A DNA stretch of 64,000 nt from Candidatus Latescibacterota bacterium. Its GTDB lineage: Bacteria; Latescibacterota; UBA2968. Below the pieces are notes generated by a model that made no database searches, was not told where the DNA came from, and saw only the letters and a program-made list of their open reading frames with translations. Position numbers and translations under genes: made by a program. Below, one piece after another: positions 27,427-35,753 of the stretch (positions are counted from its first letter, which is position 1; each line of letters opens with the position of its first letter). The stretch covers positions 4,160,001 through 4,224,000 of the forward strand of contig OZ220741.1 in NCBI GenBank assembly GCA_965116885.1, in the 5' to 3' direction.

Positions 27427-27996
27427 ATGGCTACGGATATGCTGGAGATGGAAGTGGAAGAAATTGAAGAAAATACAGAGGAATGGAAGCCAATACCAAT
27501 TGAGATGGTGCATCCCGAATCGGTTGCCCCGGGTAAGATCCGTTTGTTTAAGGAGCCTCAGTGGATTTTGCGGATGACGATTGAAGGGGATCGGTCCTAT
27601 ACCCGTGTGAAAGTGGTGCGGGCAGCGCCTCTGTCAGAGCCGGATCGCTATTTTTGCATTCTGGATATCAAGGACGAAGCGATCTGCATGGTCAAAGACC
27701 TTTCCGATTTGCCAGAAGAGAGCCAGGCTCTGGTGTATGAAGAACTGGACAATCGGTATTTGACGGCGGAGATACAGAAGATCGTGGCATTGCAAAATGA
27801 ATACGGCGTGACGTACTGGACAGTCGATACAGATCGGGGCAGGCGCGATTTTGTCGCCAAGTCCGTCGCCGAAAACGCGCAGTGGCTGGGGGAGACGCGA
27901 TTGATGATTTTTGATGTGGATAACAACCGCTTTGAGGTACCCGATATACGGGCGTTGGATCGCCGCAGCCAGGGGTTGTTGGAATCGGTTGTGTGA
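27427..27996 (+). CDS. DUF1854-domain protein
   Basis: VRAAPLSEPDRY, EELDNRY, YWTVDTDRGRRDF, DVDNNRFEVPD..LD..S; usual position after this ABC type. Confidence 0.85.
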   Translation: MATDMLEMEVEEIEENTEEWKPIPIEMVHPESVAPGKIRLFKEPQWILRMTIEGDRSYTRVKVVRAAPLSEPDRYFCILDIKDEAICMVKDLSDLPEESQALVYEELDNRYLTAEIQKIVALQNEYGVTYWTVDTDRGRRDFVAKSVAENAQWLGETRLMIFDVDNNRFEVPDIRALDRRSQGLLESVV

Positions 27997-28015
27997 TGCG
28001 AAATTATATTTCAAT

Positions 28016-28057
28016 AAAAAGAACGCTCCGGCACAACGATGCTGGGGCGTTCTTTTT
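28016..28057 (+). terminator. Rho-independent terminator
   Basis: AAAAAGAACGCTCCGGCA...TGCTGGGGCGTTCTTTTT. Confidence 0.7.
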
Positions 28058-28067
28058 GGGGTGGGGT

Positions 28068-28103
28068 ATCCTGTTCATCCTTGCATCCTGATTATCCTGA
28101 TCC
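28068..28103. repeat. ATCCTG-core degenerate tandem repeat
   Basis: ATCCTGTTC ATCCTTGC ATCCTGATT ATCCTG ATCC. Confidence 0.55.
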
Positions 28104-28226
28104 TTTTTTCTTGTATAGCCAGTCTTGAATCACTAACTTGTCGAAACACAGTGAGATATTTGCGCGTCTCACTGCAGTCCAGGCAATATCAACAAGTCAT
28201 TTTAATCCAGTTATCAGGAGGATTTT

Positions 28227-29981
28227 ATGCGCAGGAAAATAGGTCGAATTTTGGCGTGGATTGGTGGGATTACGGTTGGGCTGATAGCCCTGACCGTCTT
28301 GTCAATTGTATTGCTATCTGGTGAAGATCCCGTGCCCGATCAGGTGATTTTGGAGATCAACCTGGAGCAGGGGGTTGCGGAGTATGTACCCGAAGATCCA
28401 TTTGCAAAGTTAATCTCAGACGATGTGCGCTCGCTACGCGATGTGGTAGGTGCTTTAGACGCGGCGGCTTTAGATGACCGCGTTGTGGGATTGCTGGCCC
28501 GAGGGGGCGGAGCACCGATGGGCTTTGCACAGGCGCAAGAAATAAGAGATGCGGTTCTGGATTTTGGAAAAAGCGGAAAACCCACCGCGATTTTTGCCGA
28601 GACATTTGGCGAATTTGGATCGGGAAATGTCGGATATTATCTGGCGACAGCATTTGAGCACATCTATCTTCAGCCCTCGGGTGATGTGGGTTTGATCGGA
28701 CTGGCAATGGAGCATCCCTTTGTGAAGGGAACATTGGATTCGCTTGGGATTGGCGTGCAGATGGATCACCGGTATGAGTATAAAAATGCGATGAACCTAT
28801 ATACCGAAACCAAATTTACAGATGCGCATCGCGAGGCGAGTGAGGTACTTTTGAAGTCGATGGTCGATCAGATGGTCCTGGGGATTTCACAAGGGCGAGA
28901 TACAACGCCCGAAGCCGTGCGCGATCTCATTAACCGTGGACCTTTTTTGGCCTTATCTGCCCATGCCGAAGGCCTGGTAGATAGCCTGGCGTATTGGGAT
29001 GAGGTGCGCGACCTGGTGAAGCGCGAGCATGGCGAAGATACCAAATGGCTGGATATAAAAAATTATCTCAAGCGTATCGATGAAAAGCCTTACGGCGAAG
29101 GGACAAAGGTGGCGTTGATATACGGCGTGGGACCTGTGCTTCGCGGGAAGAGTGCCTACGATCCCTTATATGGGTCTGCTACAATGGGCGCGAGTACCCT
29201 GACCAAAGCTTTTCGCGATGCTGTGAAGGATAAGGATGTGCGTGCAATTTTGTTTCGAATAGACTCTCCCGGTGGGTCTTACGTTGCTTCTGACGCGATC
29301 TGGCGCGAGGTTGCCAAAGCTAAGAAGGCGGACAAACCCGTAGTTGTATCAATGGGTAATGTGGCCGGTTCTGGGGGATATTTTGTGGCGATGAATGCCG
29401 ATAAAATTGTGGCGCAACCCGGTAGCATCACGGGATCCATTGGGGTATTAGCGGGAAAATTTGTGACAACTGAGTTTTGGGAACGTCTGGGCATAACCTG
29501 GGATACGGCGCAAGTCGGTGAAAATGCGCTGATATGGGGCTCGGGTACAGAATTTACACCCGAACAATGGGCGAGATTTCAGACGTGGTTGGACCGCATT
29601 TACGAAGATTTTACGGCAAAAGTTGCGGAGGGACGCGATATGTCACAGGCTGATGTCCATGCCGTGGCAAAGGGACGAATCTGGACTGGGAAGGATGCCA
29701 AAGCGCATGGCCTGGTCGATGAATTGGGCGGCATGAAGACTGCAATGAGTCTGGTTCGGGAGACATTGGAATTAGACGCTGATGCATCTCTCAACCTCGT
29801 GGTATTTCCCAAAGAAAAGACGCTGATAGAACAGGTGATGGAAAAAGGACTGATCCGCATGCTGAGCAATGACGATGCATTGGTGAGACTCACCACAGAG
29901 TTGCAACCCGTTTTTCGCTTTGTGCATACAGTGAGGCAGCCGCGACAGGTTTTGGAGATGGCGCCTATGAATATCCGGTAA
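28227..29981 (+). CDS. sppA: Signal peptide peptidase SppA (67K type)
   Basis: N-terminal TM, YYLAT, YKNA, RIDSPGGS, SMGNVAGSGGY, TGSIGV, GRIWTG. Confidence 0.95.
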   Translation: MRRKIGRILAWIGGITVGLIALTVLSIVLLSGEDPVPDQVILEINLEQGVAEYVPEDPFAKLISDDVRSLRDVVGALDAAALDDRVVGLLARGGGAPMGFAQAQEIRDAVLDFGKSGKPTAIFAETFGEFGSGNVGYYLATAFEHIYLQPSGDVGLIGLAMEHPFVKGTLDSLGIGVQMDHRYEYKNAMNLYTETKFTDAHREASEVLLKSMVDQMVLGISQGRDTTPEAVRDLINRGPFLALSAHAEGLVDSLAYWDEVRDLVKREHGEDTKWLDIKNYLKRIDEKPYGEGTKVALIYGVGPVLRGKSAYDPLYGSATMGASTLTKAFRDAVKDKDVRAILFRIDSPGGSYVASDAIWREVAKAKKADKPVVVSMGNVAGSGGYFVAMNADKIVAQPGSITGSIGVLAGKFVTTEFWERLGITWDTAQVGENALIWGSGTEFTPEQWARFQTWLDRIYEDFTAKVAEGRDMSQADVHAVAKGRIWTGKDAKAHGLVDELGGMKTAMSLVRETLELDADASLNLVVFPKEKTLIEQVMEKGLIRMLSNDDALVRLTTELQPVFRFVHTVRQPRQVLEMAPMNIR

Positions 29982-29995
29982 TAAGGGAGGGCATT

Positions 29996-30748
29996 ATGAT
30001 TACTGCAGATTTTGAAGCGTATTTGACAGATGATTGGTATGGGCAGCAGATAACGGTTGACGCTTTGCTGGAATGTGAAGCCGAAGCTGGATTTGAGATG
30101 GCGGTGGTCATGCCGCAGACCAGGCCTCTTCCAGATAATGATGGGTTGCTCGACAAGACAGCGGGACATTCCCAGCTTTTGCCCTGTCCGCTCGTTGATC
30201 CGCATTGGGACGAAGAAGGAATTGCAGCATTGAAGGATTATGTAGATCGCGGTGCTCAGGGCGTGAAGTTGATGGGTGCTATTCACAAATACAATGTGGA
30301 TGATTCCATGGTCATTCCGTTTGTTGAGACGGCGCGCGATCTGGGGATTGTGGTGTCAATTCATTCTGGGCGCGACAATTGCAGTGCCGAGCGCATTGGC
30401 AATGTGGCGCGACAAGTGCCCGGTGTGCCCATTATTATGGACCACATGGGCTTTCCAGATGGATTTGACACAGCGCTTGAGGTGTGTCGGGAGTGTCCCG
30501 ATGTGTATCTGGGCACAACGATTCTGCGATTTCACAAGTTGTGGGCTATTAATCCCGAAGAGACCGTGCCGCATGAGGTCAGACAGGCCGTTGAAGAATT
30601 GGGGCCTGAACGGATCGTTTTTGGGTCCAATTTACCGGAATATCGTCCGATCCAGGTCAAGCGGGCGATTCAGCGGTTGGAATTGGGCGACGAGGCGGAA
30701 GCTCTGATCTTCGGAGGGAATTTAGGGCGGATTTATGGGATTGAATGA
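29996..30748 (+). CDS. Amidohydrolase_2-family protein
   Basis: GVKL, SIHSG, IMDHMG, RIVFGSNLP, IFGGN. Confidence 0.8.
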   Translation: MITADFEAYLTDDWYGQQITVDALLECEAEAGFEMAVVMPQTRPLPDNDGLLDKTAGHSQLLPCPLVDPHWDEEGIAALKDYVDRGAQGVKLMGAIHKYNVDDSMVIPFVETARDLGIVVSIHSGRDNCSAERIGNVARQVPGVPIIMDHMGFPDGFDTALEVCRECPDVYLGTTILRFHKLWAINPEETVPHEVRQAVEELGPERIVFGSNLPEYRPIQVKRAIQRLELGDEAEALIFGGNLGRIYGIE

Positions 30749-30760
30749 AGTGTGAAGTGT

Positions 30761-30797
30761 AAAAAAAAAGGGCGGCCTGTGGGTACGCCCTTTTTTT
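30761..30797. terminator. Rho-independent terminator
   Basis: A9-GGGCG...CGCCC-T7. Confidence 0.75.
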
Positions 30798-30894
30798 ATT
30801 TTACCTTTTATTTGTATGTATCGGTGGTCATTGGTGGTTTTTTTCTGATTTTCCTTGATTTTTTTTCATAAACTTGTTTAAATCTTTGATTTTC

Positions 30895-30924
30895 ATCTGC
30901 GTTTATCTGCGTTTATCTGCGGAT
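30895..30924. repeat. Short intergenic ATCTGCG tandem repeat (copy B)
   Basis: ATCTGCGTTT ATCTGCGTTT ATCTGCGGAT; reverse complement of the 15011 motif. Confidence 0.55.
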
Positions 30925-30967
30925 AAACAGATTTTGATTTTTTTACTTACAGGAGGTTAATTTCAGA

Positions 30968-31912
30968 ATGATTCGAGTTGAGAATTTGGAGAAGTACTAC
31001 GGCGACATTCATGCACTTAAGGGCATTGATTTTGAAATTGACGACGGGGAAATCGTCGGGTTCCTGGGAGCAAATGGCGCGGGTAAATCTACGACATTAA
31101 AAATTATGACGGGCTTTTTAGCCCCCAGTGCCGGTAATGTCTTTATAGACGACCTGAATATTCAGGACCATTCGCTGGACATTCGCGAGCAAATCGGCTA
31201 TTTGCCCGAAATGAATCCCCTGTACGGAGAAATGCGAGTGTATGACTATCTCGAGTTTATATCTCAAGTTCGCGGTATAGACGCAGGAGAGTTCAAACCG
31301 GCTTTGGATCGCGTGGTCGAACAATGTGGTTTGCGCGATGTGATTCATCTGCCCATTTCTGCGTGCTCAAAGGGTTATAAACAGCGCGTCGGGCTGTCTG
31401 CCGCGATTCTGCACGATCCCAAGGTGTTGATCTTTGACGAGCCGGTTTCCGGGCTGGATCCCAACCAGATTGTGGAGATTCGGAATCTGATCCGAGAATT
31501 GGGCCAGCAGAAGATGGTGATTATATCCAGCCATATTTTGCAAGAGATTGAAGCCACTGTGGATCGCATTGTGATTATTGATCACGGCGAAATTGTGGCC
31601 AATGGGACGAGTCAAGAATTGATGGCGGGATTTATGGGGCGCACGCAACTGACGCTCGATGTAAAATACGCCAATGAAGAGAGTCTCGCCGCGTTGCCCA
31701 ACAGCGTTGATGAGGTCGAAGTAGCAAATATAGAGATGGTAGATGGACGCAGTATTTTGTCGATAGAATACGCCCGTGAGGTAGATCCCCGAGAGGCGAT
31801 TTTTGATTATGCCAAAAACAGTGGCTGGGCCATTTTGGAGATGACGCAAAATCAAGTTCTCCTCGAAGATGTGTTCCGCGGATTGACAGGAGAAGGAGGG
31901 AGCGATGAATAA
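30968..31912 (+). CDS. ABC transporter ATP-binding protein, GldA-like
   Basis: GANGAGKST, SKGYKQRVG, DEPVSGLDPNQ, SSHIL. Confidence 0.9.
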   Translation: MIRVENLEKYYGDIHALKGIDFEIDDGEIVGFLGANGAGKSTTLKIMTGFLAPSAGNVFIDDLNIQDHSLDIREQIGYLPEMNPLYGEMRVYDYLEFISQVRGIDAGEFKPALDRVVEQCGLRDVIHLPISACSKGYKQRVGLSAAILHDPKVLIFDEPVSGLDPNQIVEIRNLIRELGQQKMVIISSHILQEIEATVDRIVIIDHGEIVANGTSQELMAGFMGRTQLTLDVKYANEESLAALPNSVDEVEVANIEMVDGRSILSIEYAREVDPREAIFDYAKNSGWAILEMTQNQVLLEDVFRGLTGEGGSDE

Positions 31913-32618
31913 TGTGATGGCGATTTATCGCAAAGAAGTCGGCGCGTATTTCAAGAGTCCTATGGCGTATATTTTCCTGGTGTTTTTCGCCATGTTTAAC
32001 GGCTATTTCTTTAGCAACACGTTCTTCCTGTTCAGTCAGTCCGATATGCGGGCGTTATTTAATATTACGCCGATGATTTATCTGATTTTTGTACCCGCGA
32101 TCACGATGGGGGTGCTGGCGCGCGAAAAAAGCGCGGGTACACACGAGTTGATGGCGACACTTCCGATTAAAAATTTTGAACTTGTGATTGGGAAGTATTT
32201 GTCGTCATTTACCCTGGTGCTGGCCGGGCTGGGTTTTACACTGATACATTTTTTCACGCTTTTGGTCGTCGGAACAAATATCGACTACGGCGGGGTGATC
32301 TGCGGGTATTTGGGACTGGCTCTGGTGGGGGCATTTTACGCAGCTATTGGCACGTTCACAAGTAGTTTGACGGATAATCAGGTCGTTGCATTTATTCTCG
32401 CGGCGGTATTTGTTTTGGGATTTTATCTTCTCGACAAATTGCTGATTTTTGTGCCGGTGGCTCTTGCTGGACCCATTCAGTTTATGGCGGTCGATTACCA
32501 TTTGTCCAATATGTCGCGTGGGGTTGTCGATTCCCGCAATCTGGTGTATTTCGGATCGCTGATCTGGTTGTTTTTGGCGCTTACAGTGCGCGTTATTGAT
32601 ATGCGGAAGTGGAGGTGA
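31905..32618 (+). CDS. ABC-2 permease, GldF-like
   Basis: KEVGAYFKSPMAY, PAITM, EKSAGTHEL, GKYL, LTDNQVVAF; six TM segments. Confidence 0.88.
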   Translation: MNNVMAIYRKEVGAYFKSPMAYIFLVFFAMFNGYFFSNTFFLFSQSDMRALFNITPMIYLIFVPAITMGVLAREKSAGTHELMATLPIKNFELVIGKYLSSFTLVLAGLGFTLIHFFTLLVVGTNIDYGGVICGYLGLALVGAFYAAIGTFTSSLTDNQVVAFILAAVFVLGFYLLDKLLIFVPVALAGPIQFMAVDYHLSNMSRGVVDSRNLVYFGSLIWLFLALTVRVIDMRKWR

Positions 32619-32620
32619 TC

Positions 32621-34129
32621 ATGCCTGTTATTGATTCCAAAAAGACCTTTGTGATTTTTATTGTGGTGGCTATCGCACTCGTGGCACTCGGTAATCTGGT
32701 TTCTCGCAATTTTTTCTTTCGGCTGGACCTGACGGAGAATCAGATTTATTCGCTGTCGTCATCGAGCAAGGTGATAATTGAGAAAATCGACGATTTTTTG
32801 ACTGCTAAAGTCTATTTTTCCGAAAATTTGCCGGGACAATACGGCAATACGCGGCGGTATTTGCAGGATATTCTGGAGGAATACGCCGCGTATTCAGACG
32901 GCAATTTCCGATTTGAGTTTTACAGACCCGATGACGATGAAAAATTGGCGCTTGATGCGCAAAAATCCGGTATTCAGCCCGTGCAATTGCAGGTACTCGA
33001 AAACGACAAGTTTGAGGTGAAGCGCATTTATATGGGAATGGTGCTGCTCTACGGCGACAAGCGGGAGGTGTTGCCGGTTATTCAAACGACTACGGGGCTG
33101 GAATACGAGATTACAACGCGAATTAAAAAACTGGTTGACGATAACCGCTCTGTAGTTGGGGTGGCAAATACTGGGGCTTCGGCACCGGCAATGGAACGGG
33201 TGAGTGCGCGACTTCGGGAAGCCTACGACGTGCGCTCGGTCTTTTTGAGTGCCGGCGTGCCCGACGATATTGAAATGTTGCTCGTCAATGGGGTTGTCGA
33301 TTCTCTGTCTGAAGATGCACTCGGCGCGCTGAGGAACTATATCAACTCGGGAGGCAATCTGTTTTTGGCGCAAAGCAAGATCAATGGCGACCTTCAGGCA
33401 CAGCGAGGGACGCCCATTCAGTCCAATATCTTTGAGGTGCTCGAACCCTTTGGCGTGAGCCTGGCTGACAATCTGGTAATGGACCGGATATGTGGCACGG
33501 TTACGGTATCTCAGCAGCGCGGATTTTTGCGCTTTAATTCGGCGGTAGAGTATCCATTCTTTCCCGTGTTGCAATCTTTTCCCGATCACGAAATTGTCAG
33601 TGGCTTAGAGCAAGTCCAGATGCTGTTTTCCAGTGAGATTGTTTACGATACAGCTGATTCAACGCGCCTTGTAAAGCCTTTGCTGGTCACATCAGACCAT
33701 TCGGGTGCATCGGCCGGGTTTATCAATCTCAACCCCATTCAAAATCAGGCATTTCAATCGCTCAACGAACCGGGCAAGGTGGTAGGAGTTTATGCGACGG
33801 CGACCTCAGATAGCCTGGAAAATGTGATGAGCCAATTGGTGCTGATTTCTACGTCCGATTTTCTACTCGACAGCGGGGGAGGACAGGTGCCGTCCAATGG
33901 GATTTTTGTGATGAATGCGGTAGATGTGCTCATTGGCGACCGCGACCTCGTGGCTTTGAGATCGCGTGAGATTACAACGCGACCGTTGCAAACTGTGGAG
34001 GATACTACTCGAACCACTGTGAAAACCCTCAATATTGTGCTGCCCGTGCTGCTGGTCATTGTTTTAGGTCTGGTACAATGGCGGCTTGTGGTGGCGCGTG
34101 CAAAGCGATTGGAGGCACTCTATGAGTAA
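32621..34129 (+). CDS. GldG-family ABC auxiliary component
   Basis: RLDLTENQIYSLS, LEYEIT, C-terminal RSREITTRPL plus TM. Confidence 0.85.
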   Translation: MPVIDSKKTFVIFIVVAIALVALGNLVSRNFFFRLDLTENQIYSLSSSSKVIIEKIDDFLTAKVYFSENLPGQYGNTRRYLQDILEEYAAYSDGNFRFEFYRPDDDEKLALDAQKSGIQPVQLQVLENDKFEVKRIYMGMVLLYGDKREVLPVIQTTTGLEYEITTRIKKLVDDNRSVVGVANTGASAPAMERVSARLREAYDVRSVFLSAGVPDDIEMLLVNGVVDSLSEDALGALRNYINSGGNLFLAQSKINGDLQAQRGTPIQSNIFEVLEPFGVSLADNLVMDRICGTVTVSQQRGFLRFNSAVEYPFFPVLQSFPDHEIVSGLEQVQMLFSSEIVYDTADSTRLVKPLLVTSDHSGASAGFINLNPIQNQAFQSLNEPGKVVGVYATATSDSLENVMSQLVLISTSDFLLDSGGGQVPSNGIFVMNAVDVLIGDRDLVALRSREITTRPLQTVEDTTRTTVKTLNIVLPVLLVIVLGLVQWRLVVARAKRLEALYE

Positions 34130-34727
34130 TTTAAAATGGCTTCTCATCGGGATTGCAGTACTGCTGGGTCTTTACGCACTTTTGCAGGTGCGAGAAAGCG
34201 GATATACGACGCCTACAGGCCAGGTCTTTCCCGAAGATACTGATGGTATTTACAAGGTTGAAATGATGACAAAGGGCGATAGCCTGACGCTGCAAAAGAA
34301 GGATCTTGAATGGACGATTGTGGGACACGATACCCTGAAAGTTCGGGACCATCGGATCACGGCACTATTTGAGCAGGTGCTGAAGGTGAGTCGCGAGACC
34401 CCGATGACCGACAACGCCGACAACTGGTCTAAGTATGCCGTAGATGACGCGATGGGAACACATGTCAAGATCTATAATGCGAAGGATGAGTTGCTCACGT
34501 ACGCAGTATTTGGCAGATCGAGTACCGATTGGGCGCGCAATTACGTGCGGATTGGAGATGGTCCAGAGGTGTATCTGACGGATCGAAGTATTGTCTATCA
34601 AGTGAGTACCGATGCGACATTCTGGGGCGAAAAACCTCCAGAACCCGCGCCCACAGCGGTAGATTCCGCAGATGCAGCGCCCGTACCTACAGTGGTGGAT
34701 TCTGCTAAGGTAGGGGATGAAGGATAG
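34122..34727 (+). CDS. DUF4340-like membrane-anchored protein
   Basis: N-terminal TM, YVRIGDGPEVY; usual last gene of GldAFG-like operons; start reassigned after GGAGG. Confidence 0.7.
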   Translation: MSNLKWLLIGIAVLLGLYALLQVRESGYTTPTGQVFPEDTDGIYKVEMMTKGDSLTLQKKDLEWTIVGHDTLKVRDHRITALFEQVLKVSRETPMTDNADNWSKYAVDDAMGTHVKIYNAKDELLTYAVFGRSSTDWARNYVRIGDGPEVYLTDRSIVYQVSTDATFWGEKPPEPAPTAVDSADAAPVPTVVDSAKVGDEG

Positions 34728-34736
34728 ACCAGGTGG

Positions 34737-35696
34737 ATGGCTACAAAAATAACGAAAAAAGGCTTTTGTGCCTACTATCTGGGCGGTCTGTTTGTCAGGA
34801 TGAATGCCAACAACATTTTCTTGCTCTGTGCGGGGCTGGCTTTTGCCACTCTTTTGTGCCTTGTTCCCCTGGTCTTTCTGATATTCTTCGCACTTGAGAC
34901 CATTCTGGACGTGAGGGCGATCGCTCATTTAATCAACCAAATAGTGGATGTACTCATCCCATACCCAGAAGAGGCCGAGTATCTGAAGGAGATTTTTTCC
35001 GTGCGCGTCTCTGGCGTCATGACCTTCAAAAAGGCTTATGGAGTTTCGGGCTTGTTGATTTTGATAGTAAGCGCCAGTAGTCTGTTTAGCAGCATGAGAA
35101 CACTACTCAACACGGTCTTCAAGATCGAACACAGTTTTGGACAGAAAGAGGGAGAGGCGAGGTCGGTTGAGGTGGGATGGGTAAAAAATATGGGGACCTC
35201 AGGACGGTGGATAAAATTCTTGCACGGGGTTTTGCCAATAGCAGTGGGCAAATTGAAAGATCTCACTATGGTACTTCTGGTAATATATATTTTTCTTTTT
35301 TTGGTCCTCTCGTTGCCCATCCTATCTACCGTCATCGACACTGCTCCAGCTCTACCGCACACATATATCACCTACTTCTACGGTCTTACCTCCTTCGTCC
35401 TGATTTTTGCTGCCTTTCTGGGACTATACTGGCTGGTTCCATCCCAACAGATTCAGATAAAAATGCTGGTTACAGGTGCTTTTGGGGCTGCTTTGCTGTG
35501 GAAAATCACTGAATGGGGCTTTGGCTATTACCTGAGTCACTTTGCATCTATATCGTATCTGTACGGGGCTTATGTTCTGCTGGTGGTCGTAGCTTTATGG
35601 ATATACTTTTCGGCGATTATTTTTATTGTAGGTGCTCAGATCGCCCAACTCTGTCGCGAAAGGCCATCTGCTGACCTTCAAAGTTCTTTGTTTTGA
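34737..35696 (+). CDS. YihY/BrkB-family membrane protein
   Basis: AGLAFATLLCLVP, LYWLVP, YGAY...WIYFSAIIFIVGA. Confidence 0.85.
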   Translation: MATKITKKGFCAYYLGGLFVRMNANNIFLLCAGLAFATLLCLVPLVFLIFFALETILDVRAIAHLINQIVDVLIPYPEEAEYLKEIFSVRVSGVMTFKKAYGVSGLLILIVSASSLFSSMRTLLNTVFKIEHSFGQKEGEARSVEVGWVKNMGTSGRWIKFLHGVLPIAVGKLKDLTMVLLVIYIFLFLVLSLPILSTVIDTAPALPHTYITYFYGLTSFVLIFAAFLGLYWLVPSQQIQIKMLVTGAFGAALLWKITEWGFGYYLSHFASISYLYGAYVLLVVVALWIYFSAIIFIVGAQIAQLCRERPSADLQSSLF

Positions 35697-35737
35697 AATA
35701 AAGAAGCCGAGTTTTCAGAAAACTCGGCTTCTTTATT
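35697..35737. terminator. Bidirectional terminator
   Basis: Perfect 20-bp inverted repeat AATAAAGAAGCCGAGTTTTC-A-GAAAACTCGGCTTCTTTATT between convergent genes. Confidence 0.85.
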
Positions 35738-35753
35738 CATTGGCCCACAATAC

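Noticed and set aside
30968..34727. Gliding motility locus
   Set aside because: GldA/F/G-like ABC systems are widespread in non-gliding bacteria and no other gld/spr genes are in the window.
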